Assembly (NCBI GenBank): GCA_036570385.1
Contig: DATCYI010000010.1
Span: forward strand, 1-37,806
Source of the DNA: Acidimicrobiales bacterium
Lineage (GTDB): Bacteria; Actinomycetota; Acidimicrobiia; Acidimicrobiales; VFJN01
Reading direction: 5' to 3'
Length of the DNA: 37,806 nucleotides
The translations under genes were made by a program, and so were the position numbers. Position 1 is the first letter of the stretch. Every line of letters starts with the position of its first letter. The notes under the pieces were generated by a model that did no database searches, had not been told where the DNA came from, and was given only the letters and a program-made list of their open reading frames with translations. This document shows, one piece after another, positions 24,953 to 33,216 of this stretch.

Positions 24953-26062
24953 ATGCCCGACACGCCCACCCCAGTCCCACCTGAACCCGGCCAAGGGATG
25001 GTGAGACGGCGTGCAGTCATAGGCGCGACCTTCGCCGGCATCGGTGCTGCCAGCTTGGTCGGCGTGACGGCAGCCACGACTTGGCCCGACTCCACCAGTG
25101 GCAACGGTTCCGGCGAGCCAGCGAGCGGTGGCCAGGGAGCCGAGACGATCTCAGGCGCGCAGATCGACTTCACTGCAACACCCGACGAGTCTTGGGACGC
25201 GCGAGACCCCGCGCTGCGACCCGCGTCGCCCGAGGTCGAGCGGCGCATCACCGTCGTGGCCCGCGAGGATGTCGGCGAGATCGCGCCCGGCACCACCCAG
25301 GAGCTGTGGAACTTCGACGGAGTCGTTCCGGGGCCGGTGTACCGAGGCCGGATCGGTGACCGGTTCCGCTTCGCGCTGCGAAACGACGGCCGCGTCGGGC
25401 ACTCAATCGACTTCCACGCCTCCAAGGTCGCCTGGAACGACAAGATGCGCACGATCCAGCCCCGCGAGACCCTCGACTACCCGTTCGAGGCCAAGCATGC
25501 AGGGATCTTCATGTACCACTGCGGCACCCCACCGGTGCTGCACCACATCGGCAACGGCATGTACGGAGCCATCATCGTCGACCCGCCGAACCTCGCCCCA
25601 GTTGATCACGAGTTCCTCTTCGTGCAGTCAGAGCTCTACCTCGGCGAGCAGGGCCAGCCAGGCGATCTCGAAAAGATGCAGCGCGAGGCGTGGGACGCGG
25701 TTGTGTTCAACGGGTACGTCAACCAGTACCAACACCGTCCCATCCGGGTGGATCCCGGCCAACGGATCCGAGCCTGGGTCCTCGACGTCGGTCCGTCGGA
25801 GAACTGCTCGTTCCACATCATCGGCACGATCTTCGACACCGTCTTCAAGGAAGGCGCCTACCTCCTGCGACCCGACGACGAGCGCGGCGGATCCCAAGCC
25901 CTCGACCTGCAACCGGCGCAGGGCGGCTTCGTCGAGTTCACCTTCGACGAGCCCGGCCTCTATCCGTTCGTCACCCACAAGTTCGCCAACCCCGGCAGGG
26001 GTGCACTCGGCCTGTTCCAAGCCGGAGACGTCGACGTCAGCGCGGCCGCCGGCGGACACTGA
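24953..26062 (+). CDS. Copper-containing nitrite reductase family (NirK-like) two-domain cupredoxin protein, Tat-type signal
   Basis: RRRAVIGATFAG (twin-Arg). GHSIDFHAS matches the H-x-x-D-F-H T1/T2 motif. FMYHCGTPPVLHHIGNGMYG matches the H-C...H...M T2/T1 motif. SFHIIG and FVTHKF lie in domain 2. Confidence 0.75.
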   Translation: MPDTPTPVPPEPGQGMVRRRAVIGATFAGIGAASLVGVTAATTWPDSTSGNGSGEPASGGQGAETISGAQIDFTATPDESWDARDPALRPASPEVERRITVVAREDVGEIAPGTTQELWNFDGVVPGPVYRGRIGDRFRFALRNDGRVGHSIDFHASKVAWNDKMRTIQPRETLDYPFEAKHAGIFMYHCGTPPVLHHIGNGMYGAIIVDPPNLAPVDHEFLFVQSELYLGEQGQPGDLEKMQREAWDAVVFNGYVNQYQHRPIRVDPGQRIRAWVLDVGPSENCSFHIIGTIFDTVFKEGAYLLRPDDERGGSQALDLQPAQGGFVEFTFDEPGLYPFVTHKFANPGRGALGLFQAGDVDVSAAAGGH

Positions 26063-26074
26063 GAGAAGGCTGAC

Positions 26075-26557
26075 ATGACCACCACAGAGCACCAAGAGAA
26101 CCACACGGCGGCAAAATCCGAGGACACGCCGGAGCGACGCGGCACCACCTTCGAGACACTCGCGGTGTGCGGTTTCATCTTCGGGATCTTCTCCATCGTC
26201 GCCTCGGTCTTCGCCGTCGGTCTGGCCGCCCAAGGCGCTGACGGCGATAGGGGTGATGGCGCGGGAGGTAGCGAGGTCGCCGCGCCTTCAGGCGTCTCCA
26301 CCCTCGAAGTGACCCTCAAGGACTTCGCCTTCGATCCGGACGACCTGCGAGTCGACGCAGGCGCTGTCCTCAACCTCACCAACGAAGGGTCGGTCGCCCA
26401 CAACCTGGCCGTCGACGGCACCGCGTCGGACATGATCGAAGCAGGCGAAGGCGGCACACTCGACCTCGCCGATGTCGAGCCGGGCACCTACACGATCATC
26501 TGCGAGGTTCCGGGCCACGAGGCCGCCGGCATGCGAGGCACGCTGGTCGTCGAGTAG
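26075..26557 (+). CDS. Membrane-anchored cupredoxin (plastocyanin/pseudoazurin-like blue copper protein)
   Basis: N-terminal TM (LAVCGFIFGIFSIVASVFAVGLAA). Type-1 Cu ligand pattern VAHNL ... ICEVPGHEAAGM. SD GAGAAGG lies upstream of ATG 26075. Confidence 0.8.
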   Translation: MTTTEHQENHTAAKSEDTPERRGTTFETLAVCGFIFGIFSIVASVFAVGLAAQGADGDRGDGAGGSEVAAPSGVSTLEVTLKDFAFDPDDLRVDAGAVLNLTNEGSVAHNLAVDGTASDMIEAGEGGTLDLADVEPGTYTIICEVPGHEAAGMRGTLVVE

Positions 26558-26628
26558 CGCCACCCTTCGGCTGAAGGCCGAGCGGTTCCCGGCGGCCTAG
26601 GCTCGGCCTCCTGCAAGGGGGACCGCAC

Positions 26629-27843
26629 TTGTCAATGACACCCGCCCTGGCGCCCGCTCCGGCTCCAGAGGATGAGTGGGCCGAGGGGCCCACGTTGCTC
26701 CGTGCGGACGCGCTCTGCCTGGCTGGGTTCGCGTCGCTTTGCGCAGGGGCGATCCACGCGGCCGCGATCGGCGCGCACAGCGACCATGACCAAGCAGTGC
26801 TGGTGTTCACGATCGTCGCCGGCTTCCAGCTCGTCTGGGGTGCGCTCGCCGTCGCCCGGTCTAGTCGCCTCCTCGCTCTGACCGGAGCGGTCGGCCATCT
26901 GGCGCTCGTCGCCGGCTGGATCGTCGCCAAGCGCTCAGGACTCGGGTTCATCGACGGTCTCGAGGCTCGGGAGCGGACCGAGCTGGGCGATGGGCTGGCC
27001 GCAGGCATGGCGTCGCTCGCGGTCGTCTTGTGCCTCTACACCGTGCTTCGGCCCCATGCACAGGCGATGTTGACGCAGCGCATCGCCGTGAGTGGCGCAT
27101 GTGTCGCGGTCGCACTCCTCGCGTTGCCGGGCATGTCGGCGGCGGCGCGCCCGAGCCACCACCAGACCGATGCAGGTGCGCCCGCAGCCGACCACCACGC
27201 GGCGGAGCCCGCCGGCGGCGACACAGCGGCAGCGACCGCCTCCGCGGTCGCGCCGGTTCCCTACGACCCGGCGAAGCCGATCGACCTCGGGGGCGTCGCC
27301 GGGGTCACCCCGGAGGAGCAGGCCCGGGCGGAGAACCTGATCGCATCGACGCTCACGCACCTGCCCGACTATGCCGATCCGGCGGCAGCCGAGGCCGCCG
27401 GCTTCCGCTCGATCCGAGATGGCGGGACCGGGTACGAGCACTACATCAACAGTGAGTACCGCGCCGACGGCAAGGTGCTGGACCCAGACCGCCCCGAGTC
27501 CCTCGTGTACCAGGTGCGCGGCGGCAGGAAAGAGCTCGTTGCCGCGATGTACATGGCGGAGCCCGGCACGACGCTCGACAACACGCCGCCGCTCGGTGGC
27601 GCGCTGACCCAATGGCACATCCACGACAACCTGTGCTTCACGCCGGAAGGGCAGGTGGCCGGCCTCACCGACGGGGAGGGCGGGTGCAGCCCACCGTTGG
27701 TGAAGTTCGAGCCGGTACCAATGATCCACGTGTGGATCGTTCCGCATCCGTGCGGCCCCTTCGCGGCGCTCGAGGGCATCGCCGGTGGCTCCGTCAAGCC
27801 AGGAGAAGAGCGGCTGTGCGACACCGTCCACGGTGGCCACTGA
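26629..27843 (+). CDS. Uncharacterised protein: 4-TM N-terminal domain, His/Ala-rich linker and a His/Cys-rich extracytoplasmic domain
   Basis: 404 aa (TTG 26629 or ATG 26635, after AAGGGGGA). The TM helices contain His (AIHAAAIGAHSDHD, GAVGHLALVAG). The linker reads RPSHHQTDAGAPAADHHAAEP. The C-terminal domain carries TQWHIHDNLC, IHVWIVPHPCGPF and LCDTVHGGH. I recognise no family. Confidence 0.6.
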   Translation: MSMTPALAPAPAPEDEWAEGPTLLRADALCLAGFASLCAGAIHAAAIGAHSDHDQAVLVFTIVAGFQLVWGALAVARSSRLLALTGAVGHLALVAGWIVAKRSGLGFIDGLEARERTELGDGLAAGMASLAVVLCLYTVLRPHAQAMLTQRIAVSGACVAVALLALPGMSAAARPSHHQTDAGAPAADHHAAEPAGGDTAAATASAVAPVPYDPAKPIDLGGVAGVTPEEQARAENLIASTLTHLPDYADPAAAEAAGFRSIRDGGTGYEHYINSEYRADGKVLDPDRPESLVYQVRGGRKELVAAMYMAEPGTTLDNTPPLGGALTQWHIHDNLCFTPEGQVAGLTDGEGGCSPPLVKFEPVPMIHVWIVPHPCGPFAALEGIAGGSVKPGEERLCDTVHGGH

Positions 27844-27891
27844 CGCGCCCGATGACCCGCTAGCTGACCCAGCGGCCCACCCTCGATCCTG

Positions 27892-28425
27892 ATGCTCGTC
27901 CAGCGGTCGTCGCCCCTCATGCTCGTGCCTGCCGGAGTCGTCCTCGGCCACGGTGCGGCCTGTCTCATCGGGGCCCTGGTCGGCAGCAGCACTCCTATGT
28001 GGCATTCCAGTCTCATCGGCCCCCTGCTATGCCTGTCGGTTCCCCTGTCGCTCGCTGGACTGGCACGGGCACTCGTCGCAGGTTTGCGAGCCGAGAAGGC
28101 CACGCGAGGTCTCCGCGTACTAGCGCCGTACCAGATCGGCCTGTTCGTCTGCATGGAGCTGCTGGAGCGTTCGGGAGCACCGAGTGCTTCGCACCTCTCA
28201 TGGATGTTGGTGGGTCTGGCCGCGCAGCTTGCGGCCGCCGCGATGCTCTGCAGGCTCATGCGGGTCGCCGGTGAAGTGGGGGCCCGATTGCGTGAGCGGC
28301 GCAAGGCTCATGTTCCGTCGTCGCGACGAGTGCTGCGCCCGGTGGCGGTCAGGCCCTCTCGAATGGCCCTGATCCTCGGGTTCGAATCGCTCTGCCGGCG
28401 GGGACCGCCGACCGCTGTCGCATAG
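27892..28425 (+). CDS. Hypothetical membrane protein (about 4 TM) with an Arg-rich C-terminus
   Basis: 177-aa ORF with reasonable GC3 but no obvious SD and no recognisable motif. It is the only plausible reading of this interval. Confidence 0.35.
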   Translation: MLVQRSSPLMLVPAGVVLGHGAACLIGALVGSSTPMWHSSLIGPLLCLSVPLSLAGLARALVAGLRAEKATRGLRVLAPYQIGLFVCMELLERSGAPSASHLSWMLVGLAAQLAAAAMLCRLMRVAGEVGARLRERRKAHVPSSRRVLRPVAVRPSRMALILGFESLCRRGPPTAVA

Positions 28426-28475
28426 CTCAGTGACCCGCAGGGACTCGACCCTGCCGAGCTGTTCCAGGAGGAACG

Positions 28476-30083
28476 TTGTCAGCGATCTTCGTTGGCGGCT
28501 GGTCGCTGCGTCGGGTGCTCGTTGCCGTCGGGCTGTGTCTCGTGGCCACCGGAGCGACCCTCGCCGGCACTGCCCGCCCCGCCATGGCTCACGCAACCCT
28601 GCTGTCGACGGTGCCCACCGGCGATGAGCTCCTCGCGTCCGTGCCCGATGCCGTCGAGCTCCGCTTCGACGAGCCCGTCGAGGTCCTCGACGGGGCCGTC
28701 AGGGTCTTCGGTCCCGACGGTGAGCGGGTGGACCTCGCGAGGGTCGAGGTCAAAGGCGCAGAGCTGAGCGCACCGATCGATGCCACGCAGCGAGGCACGT
28801 ACACGGTGGCATGGAGGGTCTTGAGCGAGGACAGCCACAACCTCTCGGGCTCGTTCGTGTTCCACGTCGGCGAGCGCAGCGGCGCGGTTGCGGTCGACGA
28901 CAGCGACAACCCGCTCGTCGACGCGGCGGGCACCATCGGTCGGCTCCTCGCCTTGTCGGGAGCGGCCCTCCTCTTCGGTGCAGGGGTAGTGACGATGCTC
29001 GCTGCCAAGGAGGAGCGGGTCGCTGCCAAGTTGCGCCCGCTTGTCCTGGGAGCATCAGCCGGTGCTGTCCTCGGGGTAGCGCTCGTGCTGGTCGGCCGAG
29101 CAGCAGCGTCGTCCGGCCGATCGCTCCCTGACGCCATCGCGCTCACCCCCGATCTCACGACCGGGACGCGGACCGGCCTGCTCACCCTCGGTCGTGCGCT
29201 GTTGCTCATTGCGACCGGAGCGTTCGCCGTCACCGTCCCGCTGTGGCGGAGGGCCGCCTGGGCGGCGCTCGCCGCTACGGGAACGGCGATGGTCCTCACC
29301 ACGCTGGCCGGTCATGCGTGGACCGCCGAGCAGCGCGCGATCGCCGTCGCATCCGATGTCACACATCAGCTCGCCGTCGGTATCTGGATCGGAGGCGCGG
29401 TCGCCCTCCTCGCTGTATTGCGGTCCAGCGACGACCGCGGCCGGCTCGCGCGCCGCTTCTCCGGCGTGGCCATCGCCGCAGCTGGCGTGGTCGCTGTGAC
29501 CGGCACCATTTCGGCCTTCATCCAGATCGGTTCTCTAGAGGCCCTGACCTCGACCGGCTACGGGCAGCTGGTGATCGCCAAGGTGATCGGCTTCGCCGTG
29601 CTGGTGACCTTCGGCTGGCTCAACCGGCGCCATCTCGTGCCGATCGCCGAGCGCGCAGCCGCACCACTCATCCGCTCGCTTCGCTGGGAGGTGCTCGTCG
29701 CAGCCATGGTCCTGACCGTCACAGCCGTGCTCATCGACCAGCCTCCGGGCCGCACGGCAGTCGACCGGCCCTTCGCCGCCACCGTCACCGCCGACGACGC
29801 CACGCTGCAGATGACCGTCGAACCGGCTCGCACCGGAGCGAACGACCTCCACCTCTATTTCTACGACACCAGGACCGGCGAGGTGCTTCCCGTCGATGCC
29901 GTAGAGATCACCGCCGGCACGGCCGACATCCCCCCGAGGCGGCTCGACGTCGTCCCCATCACCGCCAGCCACGTCTCCGTCCTCGGCGCGACCTTCCCCG
30001 CCACCGGCACCTGGAACATCAACGTCACCCTCGTCCGAGCCGGCCAACCAACCACCGTCACACTCGAGGTACCAATCCGATGA
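28476..30083 (+). CDS. CopC-CopD fusion copper resistance/import protein (YcnJ-like architecture) with an extra C-terminal beta-rich domain
   Basis: Signal peptide, then a mature N-terminal His (AMA|HATLLSTVPTGDELL) and the CopC end (YTVAWRVLSEDSHNLSGSFVFHVG). Next is a multi-TM CopD region, then about 110 aa (TVTADDATLQMTVEPARTGANDLHLYFYD...). TTG start in the track. Confidence 0.88.
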   Translation: MSAIFVGGWSLRRVLVAVGLCLVATGATLAGTARPAMAHATLLSTVPTGDELLASVPDAVELRFDEPVEVLDGAVRVFGPDGERVDLARVEVKGAELSAPIDATQRGTYTVAWRVLSEDSHNLSGSFVFHVGERSGAVAVDDSDNPLVDAAGTIGRLLALSGAALLFGAGVVTMLAAKEERVAAKLRPLVLGASAGAVLGVALVLVGRAAASSGRSLPDAIALTPDLTTGTRTGLLTLGRALLLIATGAFAVTVPLWRRAAWAALAATGTAMVLTTLAGHAWTAEQRAIAVASDVTHQLAVGIWIGGAVALLAVLRSSDDRGRLARRFSGVAIAAAGVVAVTGTISAFIQIGSLEALTSTGYGQLVIAKVIGFAVLVTFGWLNRRHLVPIAERAAAPLIRSLRWEVLVAAMVLTVTAVLIDQPPGRTAVDRPFAATVTADDATLQMTVEPARTGANDLHLYFYDTRTGEVLPVDAVEITAGTADIPPRRLDVVPITASHVSVLGATFPATGTWNINVTLVRAGQPTTVTLEVPIR

Positions 30084-30688
30084 ACATCCACAGACAGCCT
30101 CGCCATGCGCTGGGTCTGGGCCTGCTGAGCGTCGCCTTCCTGGTCGGAGCGGTCTCAACGGCGGCCGCGCACGACGGTGAGGGGATCTTGACCGTGGAGT
30201 CCCAGACCCCGACCGACGACGTCGTGGTGGAGTACGTGGTTCGGCTCACCTGGGCCGACGACGGCCACCCCGCACTCCAGTCGACGGTGACGGCGACGCC
30301 GATCGCGTCGGACGGCGCCCCCCAGACACCGGTCAGCCTGGATCCCATCGACGAAGATGGTCGCTACGCCGGCACCGTCACGTACCCCGCTCCGGGTGAC
30401 TGGACCGTGCGCTTCACGTCCGTCACGCCGACCGGCTCCGTCGAGATCGTCGAGCCGATCAGGTCGCAGCCGACAACCACGACCGCACCCGCGACCACCA
30501 CAGTGCCTCGCGAACCCGGCGACGACGACCCGGGCTCGGACGTCACCACAGGCGAGGAGTCGAACCCGGACGCAGGAGGCGGATCCACGATCGGCGGCGG
30601 GCTCGCCTTGGGAGTGCTAGCCGCCGTGGTGATAGCGGCTGTCGTGACCTTCGCCCGATCGACCCGCCGGTTCCGGGAAGACTCATGA
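30080..30688 (+). CDS. Secreted, C-terminally membrane-anchored protein with a predicted mature N-terminal His; candidate Cu-binding (CopC/YtkA-like beta domain)
   Basis: The ATG overlaps the copCD stop (ATGA). Signal peptide ...AVSTAAA|HDGEGILTVESQ, a beta-rich domain of about 100 aa (GTVTYPAPGDWTVRFTS), a Thr/Pro linker, and a TM (LALGVLAAVVIAAVVTF). Confidence 0.6.
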   Translation: MNIHRQPRHALGLGLLSVAFLVGAVSTAAAHDGEGILTVESQTPTDDVVVEYVVRLTWADDGHPALQSTVTATPIASDGAPQTPVSLDPIDEDGRYAGTVTYPAPGDWTVRFTSVTPTGSVEIVEPIRSQPTTTTAPATTTVPREPGDDDPGSDVTTGEESNPDAGGGSTIGGGLALGVLAAVVIAAVVTFARSTRRFREDS

Positions 30689-31134
30689 TCCGCCCGATCT
30701 GGCCCGCTGGGGCCCTGTCGATCCTTCTCATCCTCGCTGGGTGCGGTTCTGGCGCTGACGACCGTCCGGACACCGGCAACACAGCAGCAACCACAGCGGT
30801 GGAGCCGACAACCACAGCCGCCTCCAGCCCGGCCGCCGACCCGGCCTTCGCGCAGCTCTGCGGGGTGCTCGCATCAGCGCACCGTGGTGACCTCGAGGAG
30901 GTTCGCAAGAGCTTCGACCATGGCCCGCTCCACACGCTCGCCGAGGCTGCCATCGATGTCGATCGCGCTGTCGCGGCGAGACTGCTCGGGGCCAAGGAAG
31001 CCGTCGAGTCCGGTCTTACCGATCCTGCGATCACCGCGGACCGAATAGCCGAGGACCTCGATGAGCTCGCTGATGCTGCCGCAGACGCTCACGCGATCAT
31101 CGGTACCCCCCAACCACCATGCGAGGAGCTCTAA
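30685..31134 (+). CDS. Hypothetical lipoprotein
   Basis: Lipobox LILAGC, a Thr/Ala-rich linker, a helical domain with His/Asp (SAHRGDLEEVRKSFDHGPLHTL) and a C-terminal Cys (PPCEEL). The start overlaps the previous stop (ATGA). Confidence 0.6.
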   Translation: MIRPIWPAGALSILLILAGCGSGADDRPDTGNTAATTAVEPTTTAASSPAADPAFAQLCGVLASAHRGDLEEVRKSFDHGPLHTLAEAAIDVDRAVAARLLGAKEAVESGLTDPAITADRIAEDLDELADAAADAHAIIGTPQPPCEEL

Positions 31135-32126
31135 TGAACCACCTCCGATCCGCTGCCGGTGCCGTCGCCCTGGCGCTCTTCGCCGCCGCCTGCGGCGGCG
31201 AAGAGGAAGACGCCGCCACCAGCTCCACCGAACCGATCGAACCGACCGAGGTGGCCTACGGCGCGCAGGTGGCCAGCTACGACTTGGCCGCCGGAACGCC
31301 TCAACGGTTCCTCGTCGGTCTCCTCGCAACGGACAACGCACTCGTGGTCGGCGGTGAGGTGACCCTCGACTTCTGGTACCTCGGGAGCAACTCGGTGGCG
31401 GGGGCCTCGCAGGAGGACGGCGAGCTCAAGCAGGCCGACGTGCCAGCCGCCTTCACGGCCGTGGCTGGCGGCACCGCTCCGCCCGAGGGAGAGGGGCCGC
31501 GAACGCGCCAGGGTGATGAGGGGGTGGGGGTGTACGAGGCGACCGGGGTCGACTTCGACGAGCCGGGGTTCTGGTCCGTCACCGTCAGCGGCACGGTCAA
31601 CGGCGAACCGATCGACGCAAGCGCAGCCTTCGAGGTGGCGCCAGAGCACCGCATCGTGACCGCAGGCGCCTCCGCCCCCCGCACGGCCAACCTGTTGCCA
31701 GGCGACCCCGAGGCGCCCGTCAAGGCCGTCGACTCACGTGCTGAGGAAGACGGGTCGGTGCCTGACCCCGAGCTGCACCAGCTCACCGTCGCCGATGCTG
31801 TCGCGACCGGCCGGCCCACGATGGTCGTGGTCTCCACGCCGGTGTTCTGCGTGAGCAGGTTCTGTGGGCCCATCACCGACTCCGTGCAGGAGCTGGCCGC
31901 TACGTACGGCGATCGGGCGAACTTCGTGCACATCGAGGTCTGGCGCGACTTCGAGCAGAACAAGCTGAACCGCGGCGCAGCAGAGTGGATCTACCCCGAT
32001 GAGGAGGCGAACCCCTCAGAGCCCTGGGTGTTTCTCATCGACGGCGAAGGCACGATCGCTCAGAGATGGGACAACGTCGCAAACGCCGGTGACCTCGAGC
32101 ATGCGCTGGAGGGCCTGCTGCAGTGA
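31134..32126 (+). CDS. Thioredoxin-fold lipoprotein with an FCVSRFCGP motif and an N-terminal beta domain
   Basis: The ATG at 31134 overlaps the previous TAA by 1 nt. Lipobox FAAACGG. The C-terminal part reads MVVVSTPVFCVSRFCGPITDSVQEL...WVFLIDGEGTI (thioredoxin/TlpA/Sco-like topology). Confidence 0.6.
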   Translation: MNHLRSAAGAVALALFAAACGGEEEDAATSSTEPIEPTEVAYGAQVASYDLAAGTPQRFLVGLLATDNALVVGGEVTLDFWYLGSNSVAGASQEDGELKQADVPAAFTAVAGGTAPPEGEGPRTRQGDEGVGVYEATGVDFDEPGFWSVTVSGTVNGEPIDASAAFEVAPEHRIVTAGASAPRTANLLPGDPEAPVKAVDSRAEEDGSVPDPELHQLTVADAVATGRPTMVVVSTPVFCVSRFCGPITDSVQELAATYGDRANFVHIEVWRDFEQNKLNRGAAEWIYPDEEANPSEPWVFLIDGEGTIAQRWDNVANAGDLEHALEGLLQ

Positions 32127-32842
32127 TCGATGACGAAGACGACGAACCCACGAGGAACGACGACGACTGGGCAGACATGTCTCGCGACGCGAGTCCGCGT
32201 CCACCTGGCGGGCTCGCGTGGCGGAGGGTGATCGCAGCGGTCGCAGCGTTCGCATGGCTGGGTGGCGCCATCGGTTGGTCCATCGCGCAAGACCGCCCAC
32301 CTGGTCCTGGAAGCGTCGACGCAGGCTTCTACCTCGACATGGCCGCTCACCACGAGCAGGGCGTGCAGCTTGCCCTCATCGAGCTGGACAACGGCGAGAA
32401 CCCGGTCGTCCTCGGCTTCGCCAAGGAGATCGTGATCTTCCAGCAGTACGAGCTAGGACGCATGGATGAACAGCTTCGCGAGTGGGGGATCGGCCGGGAA
32501 GATCGTGAGGACGTGGCGATGGGTTGGATGAACGCCCCGGTGCCGCACGACGCCATGCCCGGACTGGCGACCGAAGAGCAGATCGCGCACCTGCAGGACA
32601 CCGAGGGGCTTGCAGCTGACGCGCTCTTCTTGGAGCTGATGGCGGAGCATCACCGAGGCGCCGTCCACATGGCCGCCTATGCGGCGAAGAACGCCGACAG
32701 CGCTGACGTGCGAGCGCTGGCCCGACAGATGGCACGGAACCAAGCGATAGAGATCAACGAGTTCGCACAAACAGCCGAGCGCTTCGATCTGGACGTGAGC
32801 ATCGAGCCCTACCCACTCGAGGATCTGCAGCTCGATGGCTGA
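32123..32842 (+). CDS. DUF305 (ferritin-like four-helix) domain protein, membrane-anchored
   Basis: Two copies of the DxxFxxxMxxHHxxAxxM-type repeat: DAGFYLDMAAHHEQGVQLA and DALFLELMAEHHRGAVHMA. The GTG start overlaps the previous stop (GTGA); an alternative start is ATG 32177. Confidence 0.85.
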   Translation: MIDDEDDEPTRNDDDWADMSRDASPRPPGGLAWRRVIAAVAAFAWLGGAIGWSIAQDRPPGPGSVDAGFYLDMAAHHEQGVQLALIELDNGENPVVLGFAKEIVIFQQYELGRMDEQLREWGIGREDREDVAMGWMNAPVPHDAMPGLATEEQIAHLQDTEGLAADALFLELMAEHHRGAVHMAAYAAKNADSADVRALARQMARNQAIEINEFAQTAERFDLDVSIEPYPLEDLQLDG

Positions 32843-32857
32843 TCAGGGGGATACGCC

Positions 32858-33073
32858 ATGATCAACGCCTTCCATGCCATAGTCGCCCATCAAGGCGGCT
32901 GGGACGAGACGCTGTTCGTCCTTCTCCCGGTCGCGATATTCGCGGGCCTGCTTGCCCTCGCGAATCGAAGAGCAACAGCCGCCGCGTCGCATGAACGTGT
33001 CGAAGCCTCCGACGAGAACCCAGAATCCGGGACCGAGCCGTCGTCGCCACCAAACCCCCATCGGCCGGATTGA
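32858..33073 (+). CDS. Small membrane protein (71 aa), hypothetical
   Basis: Good SD (AGGGGGA) 8 nt upstream. MINAFHAIVAHQGGWDETLFVLLPVAIFAGLLALA, then a hydrophilic tail. Confidence 0.4.
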   Translation: MINAFHAIVAHQGGWDETLFVLLPVAIFAGLLALANRRATAAASHERVEASDENPESGTEPSSPPNPHRPD

Positions 33074-33216
33074 CGACTGACCGAGCGATGTCCGACGGTA
33101 TCGGTGCGGGCACGTCGAGGCCCGACTCGAGCGCAGCCCGGAGGGCCGCGATCTCGGGACTGCTACTCGGTCTCGTAGCGCTGCTGTCTGTGGGATCACG
33201 GCCGGGCGGACTCCCC

